This document shows positions 12,118-26,600 of a stretch of 64,000 bases of DNA, piece after piece; within the stretch, counting starts at the first letter, position 1; every line of letters begins with the position of its first letter. Both the position numbers and the translations under genes were made by a program. This DNA is from Mobula hypostoma (taxonomy: Eukaryota). The DNA is taken from positions 62,870,001-62,934,000 of the forward strand of contig NC_086108.1 in NCBI RefSeq assembly GCF_963921235.1, written 5' to 3'. Under the pieces are notes generated by a model, which had not been told where the DNA came from, did not search any database, and was given only the letters and a program-made list of their open reading frames with translations.

Positions 12118-15100
12118 TATCAGAATCAGGTTTATTATCACCGGCATGTGTCGTGAAATTTGTTAACTTAGCAGCAGCAGTACAATGATAATATAGAAAG
12201 AAAATAAGTAAAATCAATAAATCAATTACAGTAAGTATATACATATGTATATCGAAAAGATTTTAAGTAGTGCAAAAACAGAAATATATATTTTGAGAAG
12301 ATAGGTAGTGTTCATGGGTTCAACGTCTATTTAAGAATCATATGGCGGAGGGTGGTGGGGTTACTGAAGAATGGACGTTGCCTTTCTGAGGCACCAATCC
12401 TTTAAGATGTCTTCAGTGACCATAATATGGTGGAATTCTTCATTAAGATGGAGAGTGACATAGTTAATTCAGAAACAAAGGTTCTGAACTTAAAGAGGGG
12501 TAACTTTGAAGATATGAGACGTGAATTAGCTAAGATAGACTGGCAAATGACACTTAAAGGGTTGCCGGTGGATATGCAATGGCAAGCATTTAAAGATCGC
12601 ATGGATGAACTACAACATTTTTTCCTCCCAGTTTGGCAAAAGAATAAATCAGGGAAGGTAGTGCACCCGTGGCTGACAAGGGAAATTAGGGATAGTATCA
12701 ATTCCAAAGAAGAAGCATACAAATAAGCCAGAAAAAATGGCTCACCTGAGGACTGGGAGAAATTTAGAATCCAGCAAAGGAGGACTTCATTAGGGCTTAA
12801 TTAGGAAAGGGAAAAAAGATTATGAGAGAAAACTGTCAGGGAACATAAAAACTGACTGTAAAAGCTTTTATAGGTATGTGAAAAGAAGAAGATTGGTTAA
12901 GACAAATGTAGGTCCCCTACAGACAGAAACAGGTGAATTGATTATGGGGAGCAAGGGCATGGCAGACCAATTGAATAACTACTTTGGTTCTGTCTTCACT
13001 AAGGAGGACATAAATAATCTTCCGGAAATAGTAGGGGACAGAGGGTCCAGTGAGATGGTGGAACTGAGGGAAATACATGTTAGTAGGGAAGTGGTGTTAG
13101 GTAAATTGAAGGGATTAAAGGCAGATAAATCCCCAGGGCCAGATGGTCTGCATCCCAGAGTGCTTAAGGAAGTAGCCCAAGAAATAGTGGATGCTTTAGT
13201 GATAATTTTTCAAAACTCTTTAGATTCTGGACTAGTTCCTGAGGATTAGAGGGTGGCTAATGTAACCCCACTTTTTAAAAAAGGAGGGAGAGAGAAACCA
13301 GGGAATTATAGACCGGTTAGCCTAACATCGGTGGTGGGGAAAATGCTAGAGTCAGTTATCAAAGATGTGATAACAGCACATTTGGAAAGCGGTGAAATCA
13401 TCAGACAAAGTCAGCATGGATTTGTGAAAGGAAAATCATGTCTGACAGATCTCATAGAATTTTTTGAGGATGTAACTAGTAGAGTGGATAGGGGAGAACC
13501 AGTGGATATGGTATATTTGGATTTTCAAAAGGCTTTTGACAAGGTCCCACACAGGAGATTAGTGTGCAAACTTAAAGCACACGGTATTAGGGGTATGGTA
13601 TTGATGTGGATAGAGAATTGGTTGGCAGACAGGAAGCAAAGAGTGGGAATAAACGGGACCTTTTCAGAATGGCAGGCAGTGACTAGTGGGGTACCGCAAG
13701 GCTCAGTGCTGGGACCCCAGTTGTTTACAATATATATTAATGACTCAGTTGAGGGAATTAAATGCAGCATCTCCAAGTTTGCGGATGACACGAAGCTGGG
13801 CGGCAGTGTTAGCTGTGAGGAGGATGCTAAGAAGATGCAGGGTGACTTGGATAGGTTAAGTGAGTGGACAAATTCATGGCAGATGCAATTTAATGTGGAT
13901 AAATGTGAAGTTATCCACTTTGGTGGCAAGAACAGGAAAACAGATTATTATCTGAAAGGTGGCCAATTAGGAAAAGGGGAGGTGCAACGAGACCTGGGTG
14001 TCACTATACACCAGTCATTGAAAGTGGGCATGCAGGTACAGCAGGCGGTGAAAAAGGCAAATGGTATGCTGGCATTCATAGCAAGAGGATTGGAGTACAG
14101 GAGCAGGGAGGTACTACTACAGTTGTACAAGGCCTTGGTGAGACCACACCTGGAGTATTGTGTGCAGATTTGGTCCCCTAATCTGAGGAAAGACATCCTT
14201 GCCATAGAGGGAGTACAAAGAAGGTTCACCAGATTGACTCCTGGGATGGCAGGACTTTAATATGATGAAAGACTGGATCAACTAGGCTTATACATTGGAA
14301 TTTAGAAGATTGAGGGGGGATCTTATTGAAACGTATAAAATCCTAAAGGGATTGGACAGGCTAGATGCAGGAAGATTGTTCCCGATGTTGGGGAAGTCCA
14401 GAATGAGGGGTCACAGTTTGAGGATAAAGGGGAAGCCTTTTAGGACTGAGATTAGGAAAAACTTGGTCACACAGAGATTGGTGAATGTGTGGAATTCTCT
14501 GTCACAGGAAACAGTTGAGGCCAGTTCATTGGCTATATTTAAGAGGGAGGTAGATATGGCCCTTGTGGCTAAAGGGATCAGGGGGTATGGAGGGAAGGCT
14601 GGTGCAGGGTTCTGAGTTGGATGATCAGCCATGATCATACTGAATGGCGGTGCAGGCTGGAAGGGCTGAATGGCCTACTCCTGCACCTGTTTTCTATGTT
14701 TCTATGTTTTCTATGTAGTATGGAGTCTAATACCCAAAATGGACCTGACTAATTTTACAGCTTTCTATAGCTTCTTTTGGTCCTGTCCAGTAGTACCCCA
14801 CCCCCATACCAGACAGTGTTGTAGCCTGCCAGAATGCTCTCCATGGTATATCTGTAGAGGTTTCCCAGTGTTTTAGTTAACAAGTCTTCAGACACCCGAT
14901 GAAATATAGCCGCTGTCTTGCCTTCTTTCAATCTGCATCGATACATTGGGCCCAGGCTAGATCCTCAGAAGTATTGACACTCTGGAACTTGAAATTGCTT
15001 TCTCTCTCTTCTGATCCCTCTTTGGGGTTTGGTTCTTGTTCCCTCGTCTTACCCTTCCTGAAGTCCACAATCAGCTCTTTAGTCTTGCTGACATTGAGAA
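12118..15100 (-). mobile_element. Rex1/Babar-type LINE 3' portion (12118-12413 and 14717-15100) split by a CR1 insertion
   Basis: (ATCAGA)n tail at 12118. The second piece encodes LNVSKTKELIVDFRKGK and TLGNLYRYTMESILAG. Confidence 0.8.
12414..14716 (+). mobile_element. 5'-truncated CR1 LINE, ORF2 RT and 3' tail
   Basis: ORFs 12427-14615 carry a full RT motif set with several stops and frameshifts. (TTTCTATG)n-type tail at about 14690-14716. Confidence 0.95.
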
Positions 15101-17385
15101 GATCGCCAGGCTGCTCCATATAATCCTTAATCTTTCAAACCCACATTTTTTGGTTGGTGCCCCATCCCAGTCCACCATTCTACATCCCTTGATGTCTCTC
15201 AATGGTGAAGATTCCCTGTATTCTTACAGATATTATTCATTAGTGAAGATTATACCCACCCAACCCCCCCCCTTAAAAAGAAAATAAAGTTTTGATCATC
15301 CTCTTTGGTGATGATTCCTCTTCCATTTGTTAAACCTGGGTCTCAAACATTTCTGGGAGTTCAGCAGATTCCAGCCCACTGACTTTCCTCTGTAACCATA
15401 TTAGGCTTCTAGCCTCTGCTTGTCCTGTCAACATTCCCTCACCTGCTCTAATTTGGTCACAGATGGCACTTCTTAGATTGTGAAGAAAATGTAGCATCTT
15501 CTCCTCGGTATTAGCGGCCAGTGGCTGGTCAATAATAATCATCCACTGCTCTCAGATTTAAGGGTCATCATACCCTCGATCTTTAGATTTAAACATAATA
15601 TGGCTAGTTATTAAATGTCCAACTTAAATTAAAATCTGTACTACACTAATACCAAGTCATCAATCTTTTTGAAAATAAATTGGAACATTGGAGTCATAGT
15701 CTCTTAGGTTTAGAAATACAAAATGTCTTATTGAAAAGCTGAAAGACTGTTTACTCAGACTAAATAATTAGCTGTTTAAGAATTGGAAGACGCCAGTTTT
15801 TTTTTTACTCAAATTCTTTTGAATCTGTACAATTTTCTACCCTGGTGGGTGATGAATATTTTCAATACTGAAATCAATTGAACTTCTGATATGAAAGAAG
15901 TCAAGACATTAGGGATTTCAGGGCAGTTGATATGAATCTTCAGCAAAGTTCTTATTGAATGGCACGTTAGCCTTGCTGGTTCATATGCCAGTTTATTTTT
16001 TTTTATTTTCTTGGATTTTGTACTGTCCAAGAAAGTAAAACTTCAAGTACCATTATGAAGGTTAATGAAATGCATGAATAAACATCTATCCATAGGTAAT
16101 ATTTTTATCAACTTAATCAAAATGCCAACTGTGTGTCAGTTCACATCAGTCACCTTTCTTTCCTTCATTACTTAAGAAGTTAGATGAGTACTAAAAAATG
16201 GACAATAGTACTTAGATGATTGGCAAAAATGTTGAAATGAAAAGTGGATTGATCATTCATTATTCATGAGACCAGACTGTATAAAATGGCTCTTTACTTA
16301 CTTAATGGAGAATAGTGACAGATCCTTTGAAAACAAAGCTGTATTTGGTTTGAAGCCAAAAGACAGTATTCCCTTTAGCATTTCCAGACAGATGGAATTG
16401 AAATGGTCAATAATTAAACAAACTAAGTCTACAATGTAATGTATGAATCCTGTTCATCAAATAATTTGAGATATTTTTGTTGATTCAATGGCTTAAATTG
16501 TTTCTTGTTTGAAAGCAGAAAGAATTTTGGATGTTTATAGCTAATTACCAATTGTATTGTGTCTCATTAGTTTTTTTTATTACAGCACATTGTGTGGAAT
16601 TTAATACTTCATAGACTGAAAAATCCGTTCCTTCTGTTCCTCATTCCTATGCAAAACAGCCACATTACTCTGAATGATTTGTTGATTGGTCAACAACAGA
16701 ACCTAAAATTATAAAAATGTTTTAAAGTCAACTATTATGATAATTCTGTTACAATAGGTGGCATAATCAAGATACGGTATACATCTACTGGGCTTTCAAC
16801 GGGTCTTTGATGAGACGTTACTTGTAGCCTTGTGACTAAGGACACAGTATATAGAACATAGCCAGCTAAATAATGGATTACAAATTGCCATTAAACAAAA
16901 TAAAGGGGTTATTGGTGGAACATGTGAAAGTGTGTCCCACAAGATCACTGCGAAATCGACCGTTATTTAGTTCCATTAACAATTGCAAACTTCATTGCAT
17001 AATATAGTTAATACTGAGTAACATACAAAACTTCAGAAATGATGTTCCAATGATAAATCAGCTTACATTTTGGTTATTATGTTGTTTGCCATTTTAGTAG
17101 GATAAATAAGTATAGCACCTATTCCGTGCAAAAGAGCAAAAGGATATAGATTCACAAATCATTAAGAGTAGCAACATGAGTTAATAAAGCCATTGAAGTG
17201 CAGGCCTGGGATTCAAAAATTGAGAAATTTTGTTAAACTTGTGTTAGACCAACACCAAAAAGATATTGTGCATATCTTTTATGGATGATAGCAGAACTAA
17301 ACAGGTGGCAACTTTGCGTGTTTCTGTAGAAGAGGAAAGACCAAAAGTAAGTGTGATAGATCTTCACTACTGATTTGAATAGCAT

Positions 17386-17670
17386 TGTCGGTGGCACAGT
17401 AGTTAATGCTGCTGCTTCAAAACTCTAGAGATCTGGGTTTGATTCTGACCTTTGTTGTCTGTATAGAGTTTACATATTCTCCCTGCGATTGTGTGAGTTT
17501 CTTCCCATATTCCAAAGATGTGCTGGCTATCGTAAGTTGTCGCTTAGTGTGTTAGTGGCTAAAAGGATTGAAGTGAAGTTGATGGAATTACATAAGAACA
17601 AATAAATTCTAAGGAAATTAGGTGAAGGAGAATTGGTTGTTTCCCTGGGATCTGATGGGTTGTATTTCCT
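17386..17670 (+). mobile_element. V-SINE (HE1-like), degenerate
   Basis: tRNA-like head GGTGGCACAGTAGTTAATGCTGCTGC...CTGGGTTTGATTC and V-domain-like GAGTTTACATATTCTCCCTG...TCCAAAGATGTG. Confidence 0.7.
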
Positions 17671-18379
17671 TCTGCATTGTCATTAGAAAAAAAAAACAAG
17701 ATATTTCAGGATTAGTAGTTGTATATATGAGGTAAAAAATCAAAAGCATTGTTTGGCTTACATGGAGTCCAAACACCTGAGCAGCTTGGTTGGGATGAAT
17801 ATTCTTTTCCTGTGTTGCAAATTCTGTGTGATTAGTACAGTTTACATTAACGCTAGTCAACAATGATAAAACAACATCTGTTTACGACTGTTTGATGTTA
17901 CATGTTTGCCTCCAGCAGGGTAATTGCTGGAAGCAAATCTCCAGTCAAATACACACAAAAAAATACTAAGTAGCAGCAAAACAACCACTCCACCTCTTCC
18001 CCCCCCCACACGCACACACAGAAATTATTTTCTGTTTCCAATCAAAAGTTTAGTAAGTAAGAAAATAAACTTACCACCATTCAAGAAGAAGTGGGGAGGT
18101 ACCAGATGATGTCGATAACTGTGTGGAATCGACCAGAGCACAATAAAATAGAAACAGTACTCAGCCTATCACCTATCAGGAGCAGGACTAGCCACCCAAT
18201 TTCCCTTACTATCTTTTCAAAGTGCTTCTGTTTGATCTGTCTCAGGCCTTTTCTCTGCTGTTTCCTCATAGCTCTGTTTCTCAGTCCTTCAAAAATGTAT
18301 CTTTATCCTTTTAATACATAGCCAATTCTCTAGGGGGAAGATTCCAGAGATACACCACCATCTGTGAGAAGCATGGCAA

Positions 18380-18930
18380 AGGTAACATCGTGATTAATAT
18401 TGATGATGTCTATACCCTGTCCAGCAATCAAACAAATGGACATTTTGGCTGGGAGTCAAAATGTACAGACTAGATATCAGTGAATGACTTTCTTCTGAGA
18501 TCACAGAGTGTGACCATCTATAAGATACAAGCCAAGAGCATAATAAAATGCCCCTCCACTTAATTAGATGTGTGCAACTCCAAGAAGATTCAGGAAGCTG
18601 AACATCATGAACATTTGTCTCTTCCACTACTATTGTGCCATAGCTACAGTGTGTACCAAGTAAAAAAATGCTTTGTAGTTACTCATCAATCTACATTAAC
18701 AGGATCTCCCAAACACACGATTTCTACCATCAAGAAGGACAAAGGCAGAAAGTGTATGGGAACAACACAACTTGCAAATTCCTCATTATGACACACATTA
18801 TTCTGGCAATCTTTCTTCATCACCAGCTTTATGTCTGAAAACTCCACCAACGCATCCCTTCGGGATTACTTTCACTTGAACAATGACTCATTGGCAATGA
18901 TTGTTTACATTGTTGCTTCTGCCTATAATC
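18380..18930 (+). mobile_element. Old non-LTR retrotransposon 3' end (L2/CR1-group)
   Basis: AGAAGGACAAAGGCAG...ATGGGAACAACACAACTTGCAAATTCC resembles a degenerate LINE 3' region. Clade uncertain. Confidence 0.45.
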
Positions 18931-19779
18931 CATAAATAAATTATACAAAAGAATGCTAGCAACCAAAGGATACCATGAGGTACCTTCCAATAATTGGGAA
19001 TATGTGAGCCTTGGAATTGTTAAGGAAAGTTAACATGGAATGAATTTTTAAGATCAGGAGATTTTCCTAAATAAGTTGTTTTGCCATCTATCAAATGAAG
19101 CATATAGTAAGGTGAAAATTATAAACTATAATTTTCTCAACCTTATAAGAAAGCAACGTTGCCCTCCAAATTTGTTAGCAAAGGACTGTGCTTATTACAA
19201 CAGAACCACATGTACTGTACCTCATTTTTAAACATACTTTGACTTGCCTGAAATATACAATCAAAAGGAATAATATGTTACAATACAGGTGCAACATACA
19301 TCACCCAGACGGTGTCTAAAATTAGGAAACAAATTACAGCAATTATTTGGCATTCCACTGAATGTGCTTCATGAGTTTATTTTGGGAGCTGCTAACTCAG
19401 TGATAGAAAAACTGAGAGTGGTAAAAAATTTTGCTGGAATGTGATAATTATCAATCACTACCAGAGCCGTAGTCTGATTTTTGTTTTGCTGGCATGAAAA
19501 ATCAATAAATAACATAAGTTTTCAATTCAAAATATAAGTATCTGACTTATGCTAAGTGTTGCTGATTCTGTAACCATGACACTAAAACCTCATTACTACT
19601 CCACGATTTATTCTGCAACAGCATTTCTCTTTTACTTTCCTTCTACTTTCTCCTCCTTTCTCCATTCACACTCCAATTTTCTCTGTAATCACATGCAGTT
19701 GTAACTATTTGGATGTGTTCTACCACTTGTAATGAACTGTTTTTCTATTCTATCTTTTACACTCTCCTCATAACCCAAG

Positions 19780-20315
19780 CCCTAGAGGAGTATAACACTA
19801 GAGGCCATAGGTTTAAGTGATAGGACAAATTTAGTGGGTATCTGAAGGGCAAGTTTTTCACACAAATTGTGTTCATTCCATATAGTATTTGTATATGCCA
19901 GAGGAAATGGTAGAGGTGGGTACAATTACAATGTCTAAAACAGTGGTCCCCAACCTCTGGGCCGCAGACTGATACTGATCCGTGAAGCATGCAGGGGTGC
20001 AGTGGTAGCCGGGACGCACCCAGCACATCTTTTAGAAAAAAGCCGAAATAAACAAGCTAATTAATTAGGTGCCACCCGGCAAGTAAATGTCAGCTACCGC
20101 TGCACCCCTGCATGCTTCGCAGATCGGTATCGGTCCACGGCCCAGAGGTTGGAGACCACTGATCTAAAAGGCATTTAGACAGATGCATAGACTGGAACAA
20201 TTTGGAAGGATATGGATCAAATGCAAGAAAATGGGGCTCCCTCAGGAAGCTACTTTGGTCAGAAAGGACAAATTGGGTCAAGAGGCCTACTTCGATGCTG
20301 TGTAATTCTGTGACT
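19780..20315 (+). mobile_element. CR1 3' fragment interrupted by a MITE
   Basis: ACTAGAGGCCATAGGTTTAAG...GTAGAGGTGGGTACAATTACAATG|...GGCATTTAGACAGATGCAT...GGGTCAAGAGGCCT. Confidence 0.7.
19941..20161. mobile_element. hAT-Charlie-type MITE with about 68-bp terminal inverted repeats
   Basis: CAGTGGTCCCCAACCTCTGGGCCG...GGTAGC versus GCTACC...CGGCCCAGAGGTTGGAGACCACTG. 8-bp TSD GTCTAAAA / ATCTAAAA. Confidence 0.9.
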
Positions 20316-21696
20316 ATAAATGTGATCCATTTCTAAATCCATCTTCTCTTCTTCCCATGCTTCCCATCCATTTCCCACCCTTCCCTTCTCAAATTAAAAT
20401 ACTTACCTTTTTATGTTTGTCTTTATGGCCTTATTCTGTGTATTCTTTTCTGACCCTATAACCACAAATTGGGTGCAAAGAACAAGTTTTCCTTTTGGCC
20501 CTTGCAAGACATGATTCCTGCATTCGGGATAATGTGGCTGCTGAACTTCATCAGGTTGCATGGGACTATTCACTGTAATGTTGTTGCATTCCAAAAATGG
20601 CTGAGCTAGCCATGCAAATAATCAAGTCCCCAAGATTTGGAATAGGATTTCCCACTATCCATCTTGGCCCGGCAGTAACTAGAACTGCCTTGCTATATTG
20701 AATTGCCAGAATAGAATATGAATTTCAGATGGTTACCAATAAGGGTGTTTACTGTGTCAGAATGCTGATATGAGCTTAATGGTTCTCTGCTGTTTAGGGA
20801 CATTATAGCATTGTAGGATCGTAAACTGCTTGGCTCCTAGTGTCTTTGTTTGCCAAAAATCAGTAACACAATGCTCTTCAAGTTCTTATCCAGCTATTTT
20901 TTAACTCTAGTGAGACTAACTTGAGGAACTTAATTCCAGACCCCACTAATAGTTGAAGGGAGTTTCCGCATACCTTCTTGTGTTAGATTTAACTGAGCCA
21001 GTCTTAAATGTGAGGGCCAGAATTATGAAGCTTGTTGAGACTAAATGAGGTAGAATGCTCTTAGTTATACAAGTAGATATAAATAAACTGACTAGATGGA
21101 CACAAGATGCTAAATCTGGAGAACTGTGAGAAAATACATTTTAATAGATGATAAAGGACAAGAGAATACAAAATAAGAACGCGGATAACCATACTCACAG
21201 TGCCTGTTCCCAAACTTTTGAGGGTAGTAGGGCAGTTAAATAAGATAGGTAACAAATCACGTGGGATCCTAGCCTGAATTGGATGAGGATGCATTAAATC
21301 TTCCCTCAGTCTCCTCTATTCCAGAGAAAACATCATTAGTTTCTCCTTACAACTGCAATTTTCCAGACCTGGCGTCATGCTCGTAAAATTTTTCTTAACG
21401 CTCATTATCATATCCTTCCTGTAGTTTAGTGACCAGAACTGCAGATGGGAATATTTTCTTATGAATGCTGTGTACTGTTCTATGCATTATAGTTACTTTA
21501 CTGATATTGGCTGTTTTTTTTTCAATTCTGGATTTTTTTTTATTTACATGATCTTAAATTACCAGCTCCCATGTTGAGATCCGAATCTTAGTCACTAATC
21601 AGTAGTTGAGAACTATGAGTGTAAACCCAGTAGCTTAACCACTGTGCATTGAGGTTAAGTTACTGGATAATATCATATACTGATGATGGCTGACAA

Positions 21697-21895
21697 AATA
21701 GAATATAGAACATAGAACATAGAAATGGCCCACACTGTTGTGCCAACCACGTAGCCTACTCTAGAAACTGCCTAGAATTTCCCTACCGCATAGCCCTCTA
21801 TTTTTCTAATTTCCAGGTACCTATCTAAGACTCTCTTAAAAGACCCTATTGTATCTACCTCTACCTCCGTCACTGGCAGTGCATTCCATACACCT
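21697..21895 (-). mobile_element. CR1 3' terminus
   Basis: (ATAGAAC)n tail then GGCCCACACTGTTGTGCC, similar to the copy at 50088-50420. Confidence 0.8.
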
Positions 21896-22177
21896 AACAT
21901 AAAATAATTGCTGTTTAAATGACTGACCTCTTGTTAGTCAGTCTATTTCTTTCTCCCTTTTTAAGAACATAAGAGAAAGAGGCAGGAGTGATTCTGTTGG
22001 TACCTCAAGCTGATCCTTTTCTTCAATGCCACTTAATTGTCATTTTTGCTTTTACATTGGGACATTACATTAGGAAACGTCTTGTCCCTGTCCTTAGGCA
22101 TGACATGCACTACATGGGAAGATGGGAGGTAGTTGCTTTACAAAGGCAAAGGTAGTATAGTTTGACAGAGTGACTGA

Positions 22178-22485
22178 GAATGGAACAGTGTTACAGCAGT
22201 TCGTGATGCCATCTCACAGCTGCAGTGAGTCAGGTACATTCCCCGCATTGTGTTTGCATGTCCTCCTACTGACTGTGTTGGTTTTTCCCTAAGTGTTCTG
22301 GTTTTCTCCCACACCCTAAAGATGTGATGCTAGGTTATTTGACACTGTAAATTAGCCCTAGTACAACTAGGTGGTAAGCAATTGATTCAGAGGAATTGAT
22401 AATTGCATGAGAGGAAATGCACTGTGGGAAATAAGATTGGTGAAATTGCTGGATGCCAGCAAGGAGGTGATGGGCAGAATGAACT
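22178..22485 (+). mobile_element. V-SINE (HE1-like), degenerate
   Basis: TTTGCATGTCCTCCT...GTGTTCTGGTTTTCTCCCACACCCTAAAGATGTG V-domain-like sequence, related to 17386. Confidence 0.65.
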
Positions 22486-22919
22486 CCGTAGTAATATTGT
22501 AGGCAAAGGGGTATAACCCTTGCTTATTTACCCTTACTGCCTTTCTCGTTTATAAACTGTTAATCAGGGTTGTTAACCGTTGTGGCAACGGGGAAGAAAG
22601 GTTCACCATACAGCTAATAGAATCTGCACAGATTATTTGTTTCAATTTGATTTCTTTTTCTAGCTAATTTGTATTTTTGAAAAATCAGTTTCTATAGGCC
22701 AACCCAATGCTTCTTGCTTATCACAGTCTGAAGGAGAATCATTGGCATGATAACTCTGTTTCTCATTCCGTGTATGCTGTCTGACCTGCTGAATTCTTCG
22801 AGAGTTTTTGGATTTTGTTTTGATTCCCCTGCATCAGCAATTTGTTGCTCCAAATCTTGGCCTGGCTGGTATTGTATTTAAATAGATTTGTCACAGATTC
22901 AGATTGCTATATTAACAGG

Positions 22920-23270
22920 CTGGGTGGTGGGGTGGAGATACGTCTCTACCAAAGGCAGTGTAAGGTGCTGCTTCCCTCTGCTAGTCTGCAGGCCACCCTT
23001 GGACAAGGCATAGCACCTGCTTAGCCACCCCGATCAGGGTCATGTGAAGCCATGGGAGCAGGTGGTGGATGATAGTATGAGTAGCTGGTGCATATCTTAA
23101 TTCCTGTTTACGTGACCACTGATGCCAGGTAGACCATCCCTGAAGAGAATTGATTTTGACACTGCCCAGAAGAAGGCAATGGCAAATCACTTCTGTAAGA
23201 AAATTTGGCAAGAATTATCATGGTTATGGAATGACCATGATTGCTCACATTACACAACTTGGCAGGTAAC
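22920..23270 (+). mobile_element. Short non-autonomous retroelement with RTE-type GAAGGCAATGGCAAA motif
   Basis: Closely similar copy at 43508-43887, which has an (ATG)n tail. Confidence 0.7.
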
Positions 23271-23309
23271 AAATAGACATATTAATAAGTACCAAAATGG
23301 GGAGGGTCT

Positions 23310-23535
23310 TGTTGTAATGTGAGCATTATTAAAAGTAAATTAATACTAATTAGGAAAATGGGCGATTTTACTTCCGTTCTTTTTACTTCTGGTGTGCTTT
23401 TTATATGGTGTTCCTCCCATGCCGTATGGGTTGTGAAAGCCTCTGTATATGCGTATCGGTTTTGACGATCAAGATAAAGTTGTTTTTTTGGGCATGAAGT
23501 TGTCGAGGTGCCTTTTTAAGGTAGAAGTTACCACA
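23310..23535 (+). repeat. 5' LTR
   Basis: TGTTGTAATG...GTTACCACA, ungapped match to 28216-28441 with about 14 substitutions by manual count. Confidence 0.95.
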
Positions 23536-23541
23536 TCTTTT

Positions 23542-23552
23542 TGGTGAGGAGG
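23542..23552 (+). promoter_or_regulatory. Primer-binding site, degenerate tRNA-Ser(GCU) type
   Basis: TGGTGAGGAGG just after the LTR, two mismatches from TGGCGACGAGG. Confidence 0.65.
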
Positions 23553-23625
23553 TAAACTGGTTTTGTGGAAGTGTCGGCACGTTTTGAATGGGAGCAGCAG
23601 CGCCAATAAGGGGCCTCATGTTCAG

Positions 23626-26600
23626 ATGGCTACGTTTGGGACTATCATTGAATTTTTGGAGTTAACGGAGGACTGCCGGAAATATGAGGAAATGTTGGGA
23701 CACTTTCTGTGCTAATGGAATTACTAAGGATGCTAAGAAGTGCCCTATTCTCCTGAGAGTGTGTGGGGCAAAGACTTACAAGCTAATAAGGAATTTAGCC
23801 ACACTGCGGAAACTGGGGGACATTCCATATGACGAACTGGTCAAACTTGTGGGGAACCACTACAATCTGAAACCTTCTGTGATAGTCCAAGGGTGTAAGT
23901 TTCACAGCCGTTTCAGGAAGCCAGGTCAGTCTGTGGCCAATTGTGTGGCCGAGCTTCGGCAGCTGTCCGAGCATTGTGATTTCGGAGCGGTGTTGGAAGA
24001 CATGCTCCTTGATAGATTGGTATGCAGCATTAATAATGATGGCATACAATGCCACCTGTTAGGGGAAACCCCACCGTTGACTTTCAAGAAAGCCTTAGAG
24101 ATTGCCCAAGGCATGGAGATGGCTGCTAATAATGTCAAGGATATCCAGAAAGGACAATGGGAGGTTGCAGTCGGCGGCAGTGCACCAAGTCAGGAGGGAG
24201 ACTGATAAACAGGCAAAGCGGGTGGAATGTTTCCGGTGTGGAGGGACGCACTATGCAAATGATTGCTAATTCAAAGACACTGTCTGCCATGCTTGTAGCA
24301 AAAAGGGACATTTAGCTTAAAAGTGCAGAAGTTCAAAGGGTAAGATGAAGCCTGGGTGGGGGAAAACTCAACAGGCTCAGGCAGTCACACACCATCTAGA
24401 AGATGCAGATGAAGAGGCAGCGTGTGCCTACAACATGTTTGGAGTGGAAACAGATGAGGAACCACCTGAACCATATTATGCCACAGTCACTGTCAGGGGA
24501 AAGGACATTAAGTTTGAGGTTGATTCAGGGGCTACTGCATCGGTCATTAGTGAGGAGACCTACAGGAGGACATGGGGGTCCAACCTGTCTCCTATTAGAC
24601 CGTCAAAGCTCAAACTCAGGACCTATACGGGACACCCTATACCTCATTTAGGGGTGTTATATGTGGACATTGCAGCGAGGGGTCAGAAAGCTGAAGCCAC
24701 TAATGATAGCTAAGGGCGGGGGGCCCAGTCTTTTGGGTTGCGATTGGCTTCGCAAAATCCGGCAAAACTGGCATGAAATTAAGTCTGCACACACGACGGA
24801 GGACATTCTGCAGCGGAACAGTGACGTTTTCAGGGACGAGCTGGGAACACTGAAGGGCGTGACAGTGAAACTCCATGTCAACCCTGAGGTCACACCACAT
24901 TTTTTTAAGCACAGGTCGGTGCCCTATGCCATGAAAGGCAAAGTCAAGGAGGAGCTGGAACGTCTACAGAGGCTGGGCATTATTGAGCCCGTCCAGTTTT
25001 CAAGATGGGCGGCTCCCATTGTTCCAGTTTTGAAGGCAGACAAAACGGTGAGGATATGTGGGGATTATAATCTTACGGTGAATCAGGTCTCTGAGCTGGA
25101 GGAGTACCCATTGCCACGGGTGGATGACTTGTTTGTGACCCTGTCAGGGGGTAAGCTGTTCACAAAGCTGGACATGAGCCATGCCTACCAACAGCTGCTG
25201 CTCGACGAGGATTCAAAGGAGTACGTCACAAATAATACGCACAGGGATTATTGAAGTACAATCGCCTGGTGTTTGGAGTGGCATCCAGCCCTGCCATTTT
25301 CCAAAGGACAATGGACACTTTGCTGCAGGGGATTCTGCATGTAGCAGTGTTCCTTGATGATATTTTGATCACAGGGGCTACGGAGGTGGAGCATCTGGCT
25401 AATTTAGAATGGGTGCTGAAGAGGCTCTCAGATGCAGGGCTGTGGTTGAAACGTGAAAAATGTGTGTTCCTGGCATCGAGTGTGACTTACCTGGGACACA
25501 AGATCACAGCTGAGGGGCTTTGCCCTGTGGAGGACAAAGTGAGAGCTATTAAGGAAGCTTCATGCCCAAAGACCGTCACGGAACTCAGATCATTTTTGGG
25601 CATGGTGAATTATTATGGCAAGTTTCTTCCTGACCTCTCAAGGGTTTTGACCCCACTGTATAAGCTGCTTCACAATGACACTAAGTGGCAATGGGGCGAA
25701 GAGCAGGAGAAAGCTTTCAAGGATGTGAAAGAACTCCTCCACTCAGCGAAGCTGCTCGTTCACTATGACCCAGACAAGGAGATCACCCTTGCATGCGATG
25801 CCTCGCCCTATGGAGTCGAGGCAGTTCTCTCACATGTAATGGAGGACTGATCAGCGAAGCCTATTGGTTTTGCTTCATGTACCCTGACAGCTGCTGAGAA
25901 GGGATATTCACAGCTAGACAAAATAAGTCTGGCCATTGTTTTTGCAGTCAAAGGCTTTCATCAGTATCTTTATGGACGCGTACTTACAATTTATACGGAC
26001 CATAAACCACTGATGAGCCTGTTCAGTGAGACTAGATGCATCCCACTGCTAGCCCCAGCCAGGATACTGCTTTGGGCTCTTACATTGTCAGCCTACCAGT
26101 ATACTATAGTGTACAGAACGGGTGAGGATAATGCAAATACCAATGCACTGAGTCGACTACCTTTACCTGAGACACCTGTTACTACATATGGGCCTCCAGA
26201 GACTGTATTTTCATTGGAGAGGCTGTCAGAGACACCTGTAAAGGTGACCCAGATCAAGCAGGATCTGATAGGGACCCAGTCCTGTCCCAAGTCAAGACTT
26301 TTCTTTTACAAGGTTGGCCCAGAGTCGTGGAAGGAGAGGAACTGAGGCCTTATGTCAAACGCAAGACAGAACTCAGTTTGCAGGATGGCTGCATTTTCTG
26401 GGGAGGGAGGGTCACCGTGCCTCCCCCTGGCCATTCACAGATTGTGGAGGAAATTCATGAGGCTCACCCAGGAGTGTCTCGAATGAAAAGCCTTGCAAGA
26501 GCCTACATTTGGTGGCCAAGAATTGATCAGGATCTGAAGAACAAGGTAAAATCATGCACACAATGTCAGACTAATCAGAATATGCCACTGCCAGCTCCTT